The notes beneath the pieces were generated by a model. It did no database searches, was not told the origin of the DNA, and saw only the letters and a program-made list of their open reading frames with translations. From an uncultured archaeon (GTDB lineage Archaea; Thermoproteota; Nitrososphaeria; Nitrososphaerales; Gagatemarchaeaceae), in NCBI GenBank assembly GCA_963817525.1, contig CAWFOU010000001.1:640001-704000 (forward strand): a stretch of DNA of 64,000 bases. Direction: 5' to 3'. Shown piece after piece: positions 48,474 through 56,582 of this stretch (position 1 is the first letter of the stretch; every line of letters begins with the position of its first letter). A program made the position numbers and the translations under genes.

Positions 48474-51400
48474 GCCGCGGGACACGTCGATGTAGATCGG
48501 GTTCCCGTCGAGCTCGTCCTCCTCCCACTCGCCGTCGGCGGTCTTGTCGGGGAGGACCTCGACCTCCTTCACGCGGACGAGGAAGGCGAGGTGCTTCCTC
48601 AGCGGAGCCAGCATCGACACGGTCTCGCCGTCCAGGCCCGCCACCCGCGCCATTGCGAGGACGGCCGCGGGCGGGTAGCCCCGCTTCTTCCTTAGGGCCT
48701 GGAGCCTCCTCGCGACGTCCCTCTCCACCCCCTCGGCCATCAGCTTGTCGTCCCTGACCTTCTCGATCGCGACGATGGTCTCCCCCCTCGCTGCGGCCTC
48801 CCAGTCCCCGGTCCCCCGGAAGTTGAACTCCATCGCTGAGACCGGGACATCGACCTTGTCCCCCTTCGAGGTGGTGAGCTTGATGGGAGAGCCGCTGCGG
48901 TAGGTCTCCCACGCCGCGTCCCCCTCGAGCACCTTGAGGCTCGTGAGGACGTCGTTGGTCTTCTCCTTGAAGTGGGCGCCGATCTTCGACCTGTTCGGGG
49001 TGAGCGTCACCGAGACCGGGAGCGTGGACACCTTCGTCGCGAACGAGACCTTCTTCACGTTGCAAAGGAGTGAGATGAGCTTCTGGGCCCGCTTCATCTT
49101 CGCCGCCTTCTCCGGGGGGACATAGACCGCCATGCTCCGGAGCGGCCACCGCCTCTTCAGCTTGGCCTTCTCCCTCGCGGAGTTGCAGGCGCCCTCCACC
49201 ATCAGCGCGAACTCCACTGCCTCGCTCTCGGCCTTCGCCGACTTTTTGAGCGCGAGCTTGGGCATGTCCTGGAGCAGGAGGGGCTGCTCCCATGGGCCTG
49301 CCGCGAGCACCTCCTGGTGGAGGTACTCTGTGAGGTAGGGAGAGACCGGGTGGAGGAGCATGTCCAGCGTGGAAAGGGAGTGGCCGAGGACGGCGAATAT
49401 CGCGAGCCTCCTCTCCTTCTCCTTGGGGGTGTCGTTCCAGAGCTCGTTCCTCACCATCCGCACGTATCCCTGGCTCAGGACCTCGACTATCTGGTGCTCG
49501 AGCTCCCTGCACGCCTCGTTGTACCTCCCCGTCCCGTACGCCTTCCGGACGGAGTCGACGGCCTGCTGGAGGTTGTAGAGCATCCAGAGGTCCACCTGCG
49601 CGAGGAGCTTCCTGGACGCGGCACGCTTCACGGTGTGCTTGACCGGGTCGAACCCGTCCTGTTCCCCGTTCTGCTTGAGGTAGACGTGCAGGTGGTAGAG
49701 GGTGTTCAGGACCTGGTAGGGCCTCCCCGTCATCTCCTTCAAGTCCATGCTGAGCGCGTCGATCGGCGAGCTCTTCCACATGAGGTAGTACCTGAGGAGG
49801 TCTACGGAGCTCCCGTTGAGTATCTCGAGCGCGTCGAGCACGTTCCCCAGGCTCTTGCTCATCTTGCGCCCCTTCTCGTCGAGGACGTGGCCCTGGAAGA
49901 GGAACGCCTTGTAGGGGGCGACGGGCTTCCCCTGGTAGACGACGTTCAGGACCAGGAGGGTGTAGGCCCAGCCCCGGGTCTGGTCGATCCCCTCGGTCAG
50001 GTGCTGGACGGGGACGAGGGCGTTCCTCTCCGCGTCGGTGAAGGCTGCCAGCGGGGCGGATCCGCTGTTGTGCCAGGTGTCCAGCACGAAGGGCTCCCTC
50101 CTACAGTCCCCGCCGCACTTCGGGCACCTTAGGACTACCCTGTCTATCCACGGTCTGTGAAGCTCGAAATCCTTCCCGTCGGGGAGCTCCTTCGCCTTTT
50201 CCACGATGCTCCGGCGGGAGAAAGCCGGGACCTTCTCCTTGCAGTCGGCGCAGACCCAGATAGGAAGGGGCGTCCCCCAGACCCTCTCCCTCGAGATGCA
50301 CCAGGGGGGCGACTGCTTGAGGAACTCGAGGAACCTGTTCCTAGGCTGTTCGAAGTAGTACTCCACCTTCTCGGCTGCCTCCACGAGCCTGTCCTTCACC
50401 CGGTCGATCCAATAGAAGTATTCGCGCCGTGCCACCCAGACCAGGCGGTGGCCCGAGCGCCAGCAGGTCGGGTATTCGTGCTCGATCCTCCCCTCGTTCA
50501 CGAGGTTGCCCGTCTCGGTGAGGAGCTTCGAGACGAGGCTGTCCGCGTCCCGGACGAAGAGGCCCACGAACCTCCCCGAGTCCTCCGTGAAGCGCACCCT
50601 GTCGTCGATCGGCGCGAAGACTGGCACCTTCCTCCTCGTCGCCACCTGGAAGTCCTCCTCTCCGTTCGCCGGCGATAGGTGGACCAGGCCCGTCCCGGTC
50701 CCCGTGTCCACGAAGTCCTCGGCGACGACTTTGTGGATGCTCCCCTGGGCCTGGAGCCTCTCGAGGCCGGGTATCATCTTGAGGAGGGGGTGCTCGTAGG
50801 TTAGGCCATCGAGGTCCCTCCCCTTGACCACCTTGGTCGTCTCTCCGAACTCCAGGCCGAGCTCCTTGGCCAGGGCGAACTTCCTTTCCTCCCCGACGAC
50901 CCACGTCTCTCCCCCGACCTTCACGTAGGCGTAGCTGGCGTCAGGCTTGACCCCCACGAGCTCGTCGGTCACGACGGTGAAGGGCATAGTGGTCCATATC
51001 ACGAGGAAGCTGCCATCCGAGGCCTTGACCTTGTAGTATAGGCTGGGGTCTTCGAGGGTCTCGTAGCCGAGGACAGCCTCGGCGTGGCTCAGCGAGGTCA
51101 TGCAGCTAGGGCAGTAGGGCACCACCTTGTACCCCTCGCCCAGTATCCCCTTCTCCCAGGCCCGCTCGAGGAACTTCCACTCGCGCTCGATGTAGCCGTC
51201 TCGGTAGGTCATGTAGGCCCTGGAGTGGTCGAGGAGGAGGCCCAGGAGGTCGTCGGACTCCTCCCAGGACTGGAGGTACTTGCTAAGGAGGCGCTTGCAC
51301 GCCTCGACCAGCTTCTCCTCGCCGATCTGCTTGAGGTCCTCCCACTTGTTGCCCGAGAGCCCCAGCTCCTTCTCGGCCTGAAGCTCGACCGGTAGTCCCT

Positions 51401-51701
51401 GGCAGTCCCAGCCCGCCCGGAAGACCACGTTCTCCTTGAGGAGGAGGGTGCTGTATCGATACCAGAGGTCCTTCATTATCCTGCCGCGTATGTGCCCGAT
51501 GTGGGGGACGCCGTTGAGGGTGGGCGGGCCTTCCACATACCCGACCGCCTTGGTCTTGCCCATCGACTTTGAGACCAGGTTGGGGAGGTCGGCCTTCTTC
51601 GTGAATCGCCTGACCCTTGGCTCTACCACCTTCCAGTCGTAGACGGTGGAAAACTGTTGATCGCTAGGCGTTGGCTCACTGGGCACGGATTTGATATTCA
51701 C
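48426..51701 (-). CDS. ileS: Isoleucyl-tRNA synthetase, archaeal/eukaryotic type
   Basis: PHIGH, GWDCQGLPVE, WTTMPFT, GTGLVH, EGIDQTRGW, KMSKS. Confidence 0.95.
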   Translation of the reverse strand: MNIKSVPSEPTPSDQQFSTVYDWKVVEPRVRRFTKKADLPNLVSKSMGKTKAVGYVEGPPTLNGVPHIGHIRGRIMKDLWYRYSTLLLKENVVFRAGWDCQGLPVELQAEKELGLSGNKWEDLKQIGEEKLVEACKRLLSKYLQSWEESDDLLGLLLDHSRAYMTYRDGYIEREWKFLERAWEKGILGEGYKVVPYCPSCMTSLSHAEAVLGYETLEDPSLYYKVKASDGSFLVIWTTMPFTVVTDELVGVKPDASYAYVKVGGETWVVGEERKFALAKELGLEFGETTKVVKGRDLDGLTYEHPLLKMIPGLERLQAQGSIHKVVAEDFVDTGTGTGLVHLSPANGEEDFQVATRRKVPVFAPIDDRVRFTEDSGRFVGLFVRDADSLVSKLLTETGNLVNEGRIEHEYPTCWRSGHRLVWVARREYFYWIDRVKDRLVEAAEKVEYYFEQPRNRFLEFLKQSPPWCISRERVWGTPLPIWVCADCKEKVPAFSRRSIVEKAKELPDGKDFELHRPWIDRVVLRCPKCGGDCRREPFVLDTWHNSGSAPLAAFTDAERNALVPVQHLTEGIDQTRGWAYTLLVLNVVYQGKPVAPYKAFLFQGHVLDEKGRKMSKSLGNVLDALEILNGSSVDLLRYYLMWKSSPIDALSMDLKEMTGRPYQVLNTLYHLHVYLKQNGEQDGFDPVKHTVKRAASRKLLAQVDLWMLYNLQQAVDSVRKAYGTGRYNEACRELEHQIVEVLSQGYVRMVRNELWNDTPKEKERRLAIFAVLGHSLSTLDMLLHPVSPYLTEYLHQEVLAAGPWEQPLLLQDMPKLALKKSAKAESEAVEFALMVEGACNSAREKAKLKRRWPLRSMAVYVPPEKAAKMKRAQKLISLLCNVKKVSFATKVSTLPVSVTLTPNRSKIGAHFKEKTNDVLTSLKVLEGDAAWETYRSGSPIKLTTSKGDKVDVPVSAMEFNFRGTGDWEAAARGETIVAIEKVRDDKLMAEGVERDVARRLQALRKKRGYPPAAVLAMARVAGLDGETVSMLAPLRKHLAFLVRVKEVEVLPDKTADGEWEEDELDGNPIYIDVSRGLLAGGKLGRKRRRKA

Positions 51702-51743
51702 TCATGCGCTTGCCGCACTTGCCACGGACGAAATCGATTTTAA

Positions 51744-52143
51744 CATTTCCGAGCGTGAAATCCCAGGTGCTTCAGCCCCGGGATGAGAGAACCATGGGGG
51801 CTCTTATACAATCCACTCATCAGTGTCTCTGACCTATGGTAGGGCATACCAAAAGGAACACGCTTCCTCGCGAGAGCGAGCCTGTGGTGGGCGCGACGCC
51901 GCAGGGCGACGCCCGACAGGCAGACACGACGGCCTCTTCAGCCGCGCCAAAAGGAGCAGCGGTGGAAAGCCGCATTGATGAAGGAAGAACTTCAGCCCCT
52001 GACAACGGAGCAGCTTCCATACAAAACGCCCAGAGGGTCGCGCGCACGCGCGCGCCTCGGCTAAAAATCGCTACGACCACGAGACCTGTAGCGGGAGAAG
52101 AAGAGCATGGAAGCCCACGGCTTCAGCCGTGGGATGATGTCAC
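51744..52143 (+). mobile_element. Non-autonomous IS200/IS605-family element (400 bp, no tnpA or tnpB)
   Basis: Left hairpin AAAT-CCCAGGTGC-TTCA-GCCCCGGGAT with TTAA 15 nt upstream; right end GAAG-CCCACGGC-TTCA-GCCGTGGG-ATGATG-TCAC; no terminal inverted repeats or target duplication. Confidence 0.8.
51838..52143 (+). ncRNA. TnpB omegaRNA/reRNA-like structured RNA with extra hairpins
   Basis: GGTA-GGGCA-TACC 5' hairpin; ACG-CTTCC...GATGAA-GGAAG-AA stem; CGGC...GCCG inner stem; tetraloop hairpins; TTATA at 51804-51808. Confidence 0.6.
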
Positions 52144-52158
52144 AATCCTTCGCCCCGC

Positions 52159-53157
52159 CTAGGTGTCGCCCCGGTAGTCGGAGAGCTCCGCCTGGTACCC
52201 GTCGAGCGGCTTGGCGTCGAACCCCTCTCCCCGGAGGGTCCTCGCGAACTCGCTGGTGAAGCCGTGGGTGGTGTAGACCATCTCCGGCGAGACCTCCTTC
52301 ACCAGCCGGAGGAGCTCAAGGTAGTCGCAGTGGTCGCTGAGAGGGAAGGAGTAGTCTGCCCCGAGGAAGCTCCCGTACCCCCGCTCGATCGCCCACCCGC
52401 TGAAGGCCGCGAGCACCGCACCGTACTCCTTCTTGAGCCTGGCTGCGAGCTTGTTCCTCGAGCTCATCATCGGGGTGACCATCACCCACGGGCCCTGGGG
52501 GAGACCCTCGAGAGTCCGGGCGATGGTCTTGGCCTCCCTGAGAGGGACGCCGGACGCCCTGTAGATCTCGTTCATCTGCCCGACCGATTCGTGGACGAAG
52601 AACGGGTTCCACGAGGAGAAGAGGTATGAGAGGACCTGCGACTTGCCAAGCGGATATCCCATGAGCACCACAGGCCTCCCCTTGTCGAAGGTGTGTGAGA
52701 TCATCTCGTTCACGAGCTTGACCGTCTGGTCGAGAGGCGGGAAGACGTAGCGCGGGTCGCCGAAGGTCGTCTCCGTTATCAGTATCCTCGCCTTCTTCGT
52801 CCTGCACCTGCTCATGAAGGCCCTGTCCCTCCCCGCCGCGTCTCCGGTGTAGAGCAGCTCGTCGTGGATGTGCAGCGCCCTCGCGCCCAGGATGTGCCCC
52901 GAGTCGAGCAGCGAGACGCCCTCCGGCGGGTCGTGCACGTTCGAGCCCAGCTCCACACCCCTGGCGCGGGCGAGGACGGCGGTCTCCTTGGACGCGAGGA
53001 CCTTGGACTTTGGGTGCGGCTTCTCCACGTGGTCCATGTGGGCGTGGGAGACGAAGGTGTAGTCTGACTTGACCGACGCCTTGGGGTCGAGCGCGTACCT
53101 CGTGGCGCCCTGCTCCACTATGATGCCCGCCCCGAGTGATACGCGTGTCTTGCTCAA
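52159..53157 (-). CDS. Metallo-beta-lactamase fold nuclease (beta-CASP-like)
   Basis: SHAHMDH, SGHILG, YTGD, ETTFG, LSDHCD, THG. Confidence 0.85.
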   Translation of the reverse strand: MSKTRVSLGAGIIVEQGATRYALDPKASVKSDYTFVSHAHMDHVEKPHPKSKVLASKETAVLARARGVELGSNVHDPPEGVSLLDSGHILGARALHIHDELLYTGDAAGRDRAFMSRCRTKKARILITETTFGDPRYVFPPLDQTVKLVNEMISHTFDKGRPVVLMGYPLGKSQVLSYLFSSWNPFFVHESVGQMNEIYRASGVPLREAKTIARTLEGLPQGPWVMVTPMMSSRNKLAARLKKEYGAVLAAFSGWAIERGYGSFLGADYSFPLSDHCDYLELLRLVKEVSPEMVYTTHGFTSEFARTLRGEGFDAKPLDGYQAELSDYRGDT

Positions 53158-53375
53158 ATCTACGGACGGTCTTCCTTCACGTCGTGCCTCGACGGGAGAA
53201 GTTTATGACGTTTACCCCGGCTCGTCGTCGTCAGGGCCTGGCCCAACTAGGGTCATGCAAAGAACCGCAGAAGCGACCCCGGTCGTTCACTCCGACCAGA
53301 GCGACGAAGGCTGTCGGCGGCATTGAAACGCTCTGCTGAGGATGTGAGATCCGACCTGGCCACGGTCGAGCCCGG

Positions 53376-54200
53376 TCAACGAGTCTTGCGAATTATAGTC
53401 GTGACCTGCGACAGGGTATCCGCGATGTTCTTGTCCATCAGCTTCTTTCCGAGGCCGCAGTCGGCGACGACTCGCCGGTCCCTGAGGAGCCTCCGGGCGG
53501 TCCGTACCAGCTCCTTGTGCCGCGCCCGCAGGTCCTCGTATCTGCCTCCCGAGAGCTCTGGCAGGACGTAGTAGCCGAGCCCCATCAAGGCAGGGTTCTC
53601 CCTGAGGGCCTTCTTGGGGTCCCTCCTCGCCGTGGCGTTTATCTTCCTGAGCTTCGCCCTGTCGAGAAGGCCCAGGTAGAGGCCTACGGAGTGCTCTCCG
53701 TCGTCGGCGTGGGTGATCTCCACCCGGCGGTGCTTCCACCTCACCGTGGACCCCCTGGGGAAGGGACGGATGTAGCGGAAGGGGACGCCCGACGCTTCAG
53801 AGATGGCCGCCTCCTCCTCTTCCAGGAGGTTGTTCCCGCCGTGCCCGCTGACGACGACCACGAGCGAGACTTCGTTTCGTTGGAGTTCTCTTTGGAGCCC
53901 GACGACCCTTCTGACGTCCTGGACCACCCTCGCCCTCAGCTCGTCCCGTGGCAGGTAGCCCGGGTTCCAGTCCCTTGCCAGTTCGCCGGCCCTGTCGCCG
54001 GAGTACGGGAGGTGCCCGACATAGGTCAGGCCGAGCCGCAGGGAGACGGTCGTTGCCGTCATGATCGCGGCGCAGTCGTCGATGTTCGAGGCCAGGGCCG
54101 CGCCGTGGCTCTCGTTGGCCGCTCCGATTGAGAAGACCAGCACCCTCCTGTTCCTGCTCTCGAAGGGGCCGTTCTCCCTCTGGCTCTCGGCGCTCAGCAC
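53376..54200 (-). CDS. Creatininase-family hydrolase (ArfB-like deformylase)
   Basis: ESHG, D, SGHGGN, HADDGEH metal ligands. Confidence 0.7.
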   Translation of the reverse strand: MLSAESQRENGPFESRNRRVLVFSIGAANESHGAALASNIDDCAAIMTATTVSLRLGLTYVGHLPYSGDRAGELARDWNPGYLPRDELRARVVQDVRRVVGLQRELQRNEVSLVVVVSGHGGNNLLEEEEAAISEASGVPFRYIRPFPRGSTVRWKHRRVEITHADDGEHSVGLYLGLLDRAKLRKINATARRDPKKALRENPALMGLGYYVLPELSGGRYEDLRARHKELVRTARRLLRDRRVVADCGLGKKLMDKNIADTLSQVTTIIRKTR

Positions 54201-54310
54201 GAGGTGCCGGACTCACCGCGGCGCTTTTATCCTGTTCTCCGGTGCTTCAGGGCGTTTTTGCCCGTTCGGGATCGGAAGCTCCGCGTTCCTCATGAGGATG
54301 ACGTCTGAGC

Positions 54311-54715
54311 TTAGCCGAGCTCGGAGGGGATGGACCGCAAGACAGCAGCCAAGCCGTCTCGCTCCCCCGACCCCGGGCCGGTCGTGATGCCGAACTCGCG
54401 TCTGACATCCCTGACGAGCATGTGCTCAAAGACGTCGGCTCCCGCCGACCCTATGAGAGCCCGCAACCCGTCCATGAACTCGGCAGGCTTGTCCGCCACC
54501 TCGTCGAGACCCACCTTCTTGGTGACGGAAAGGTTCCAAAGGATGACCTGCTGCATCGTAGCGCTCGTGCCGATCACGCTGAACGCGCGAATGACGCAAT
54601 CCCTGATCTTCGTCGCGAAGGTCGTGTGTCTATCAACATAGTCGAACGAGGCGATCTGATTCGAGTGAAAGAGAGAGCCGGGAAATTGGCCTTTGCTTGC
54701 TGTCGTGGATTCCAT
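54311..54715 (-). CDS. Small helical archaeal protein (DUF3227/NitrOD-like)
   Basis: QVILWNL...EVADKPAEFMDGLRALIGSAGADVFEHML pattern. Confidence 0.55.
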   Translation of the reverse strand: MESTTASKGQFPGSLFHSNQIASFDYVDRHTTFATKIRDCVIRAFSVIGTSATMQQVILWNLSVTKKVGLDEVADKPAEFMDGLRALIGSAGADVFEHMLVRDVRREFGITTGPGSGERDGLAAVLRSIPSELG

Positions 54716-54887
54716 GGCTCGTGTTGGGTCTCGTCCGAATATAATGCGACCGCAGCGAGGACATGTGGCCTAGCTCTATGTTTGAACTAGAGTTCTTCTC
54801 TTCTTGCTGGTTTTACAAGCTTTCAATGGGCAAAAGTGCGATTCTCGCACGTTTCTTGGCTTCGCCCGGAGCAGCGAGCTTTCCAGG

Positions 54888-55395
54888 TCACTTGAACTTG
54901 CCGAAGAGCCGCTTGAAGAACCCGCCTGTCTTCTGGGGTTCTGGGGCTGAGACGCCCTCGCTCGCCTCGGGGGTGACGGGCGCCTGTTCTTGGGCGGGAG
55001 CTGCCGGGGCGGCGTTCACCTTCGCGACGACATCTTCGACTATCGTGACCTGGGGAGCCGCGGAGACCTCTGGTTCGGGGCTCGGCGCGTGGCCGGCATC
55101 CAACCATCCCTGGCTCGCCGCGACGGCTGTCGCCTCCCGGATCTCCGGGATCTCGGAGATCTCGCTGATCTCTGGGGCCCTCGGGGGCGGAGTCCGCTAC
55201 CGGCAGTGCGGGCGCGCCGGACTCCCTCCTCTGGAAGAAGACGTCGTTGTATGAAGCTCTAGCCGAAGGCTTGACCTCCACCACTGCCTTCGCTTGACCG
55301 GCGCCCTCGGACGCGACGGGCGCTGCCGCCTGGGCGGCCTTTGCTCGCTCGCTCCTCGCCCTGTTGAGGGGGTCGTCCCCTAGACGTCTGGACAA
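54888..55395 (-). CDS. ParA-associated low-complexity protein with C-terminal amphipathic helix; +1 frameshift near 55170-55195
   Basis: TTG start overlaps the parA end (MSRRLGDDPL...); a shifted frame continues APEISEISEIPEIRE...GGFFKRLFGKFK to the stop at 54888. Confidence 0.6.
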
Positions 55396-56222
55396 TTCAG
55401 TATCTCCTTGGCGAGCTCGCGGTAGGCCTTGGCTCCAGAAGAATCCGAGTCGTACTCGAAGATCGACTTGTGGTGGCTCGGGGCCTCCGCCAGCCGCACG
55501 TTGATCGGGATGACGGTCGTGAAGACGCGCTCGTTGAACTCGTCCCTCACCTTCTCCGCCACTTCCCTGGATATCAGAGTCCTCCTGTCGTACATGGTCA
55601 GGACGACCCCGATGACCTTCAGGGCGGGGTTGATGTCCTCCCTCACCTTCTGGACGGTCTCCTGGAGGTGGACGACGCCGTCCATCGCGAAGTAGTGGGT
55701 CTGGACAGGGATTATCACGCCGCTAGAAGCGGTGAGTGTGTTCACCATGAGGAGGCCTAGGGACGGTGGCGTGTCGATGAAGACAAAGTCGTAGCCGCGC
55801 GAGCCGTCGGTGACCGTCTTGAGCTTCTTCTTGAGCTTGAACTGCATGTTGATGTCGTTCGCCAGCCTGATCTGGCAGGAGCTCAGGTCCTGGTGAGACG
55901 GGACGATGTCGAGGTTCTCCCTGATCCCCTGCATCACGACGTCGTCGAGGGATACGGAGTCGTCAAGGAGCAGGTCAGCGGCGGTCTTTCCCGCCGGGCT
56001 CCCGGGCGCGACGAGGTAGTCGGTCGCGTTGGCCTGCGGGTCTAGGTCGATGATGAGCACCCTGTTCCCCAGCGACGCGAGCTGGCACGAGAGGTTCACG
56101 GTCAGGTCGGTCTTCCCCACCCCTCCCTTTTGGTTAGCGACCGCGATGATACGGGCCGACCCCTGCTTGGTCGCGAGCGTCGTCTTCGATCCTGACGAAG
56201 AAGCCTTGCTGAGGGTTCCCAT
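55380..56222 (-). CDS. parA: ParA/Soj family ATPase
   Basis: NQKGGVGKT, DLDPQAN, IDTPPSLG, LAEAPSH; ATG at 56222 preferred. Confidence 0.92.
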   Translation of the reverse strand: MGTLSKASSSGSKTTLATKQGSARIIAVANQKGGVGKTDLTVNLSCQLASLGNRVLIIDLDPQANATDYLVAPGSPAGKTAADLLLDDSVSLDDVVMQGIRENLDIVPSHQDLSSCQIRLANDINMQFKLKKKLKTVTDGSRGYDFVFIDTPPSLGLLMVNTLTASSGVIIPVQTHYFAMDGVVHLQETVQKVREDINPALKVIGVVLTMYDRRTLISREVAEKVRDEFNERVFTTVIPINVRLAEAPSHHKSIFEYDSDSSGAKAYRELAKEILNCPDV

Positions 56223-56336
56223 TTGGTTCGTCTCGTCTCTCATGTGGGGGCGTTCCGGATAATAATCCCGAGGTGATTTCATTTACATCTCGAGGCCAAC
56301 TCATCTTTACCTCATCGCCCGCTGAGGCAGTTCGGA

Positions 56337-56495
56337 CTACTTGTCCTTCCGGTGGAAAAAGTCGAACTTCTTGACTGGCCCCTTGTAGTGCTCGTTCCTG
56401 GGACAGTGAGGCCCGCACTTCTCCTTGATGGGGTGGTTGTGCCCCTGCCCTTTCTTCTCCTCTTTCACTTCCGTCCTCTTGCGGTAGGAAGCCAT
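56337..56495 (-). CDS. Small basic His/Cys protein, 52 aa (not in ORF track)
   Basis: Manual translation MASYRKRTEVKEEKKGQGHNHPIKEKCGPHCPRNEHYKGPVKKFDFFHRKDK*; host-like codons; TTAATA box about 33 nt upstream. Confidence 0.7.
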   Translation of the reverse strand: MASYRKRTEVKEEKKGQGHNHPIKEKCGPHCPRNEHYKGPVKKFDFFHRKDK

Positions 56496-56582
56496 CTTAG
56501 CGAGCTGAGAGCTAATTCGCCTCGCGCCTATTAAGTGCTGTCGGTCGCCCGACTCTGGTTCCCAGCCCAGCCGAGTATGCCG

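Noticed and set aside
46662-49779. Long overlapping ORFs (530 aa, 498 aa and many similar across the window)
   Set aside because: Shadow frames of well-supported genes in high-GC DNA; Arg/Pro/Gly-rich with no motifs.
51676-51705. 9-codon uORF (MSEYQIRAQ) overlapping the ileS start as an attenuator
   Set aside because: Only one Ile codon and no attenuator structure; cannot be supported.
51836-52162. 108-aa ORF (and antisense 86-aa ORF) inside the IS-like element
   Set aside because: No TnpA HUH or TnpB RuvC/Zn motifs; the sequence is better explained by base-paired RNA structure.
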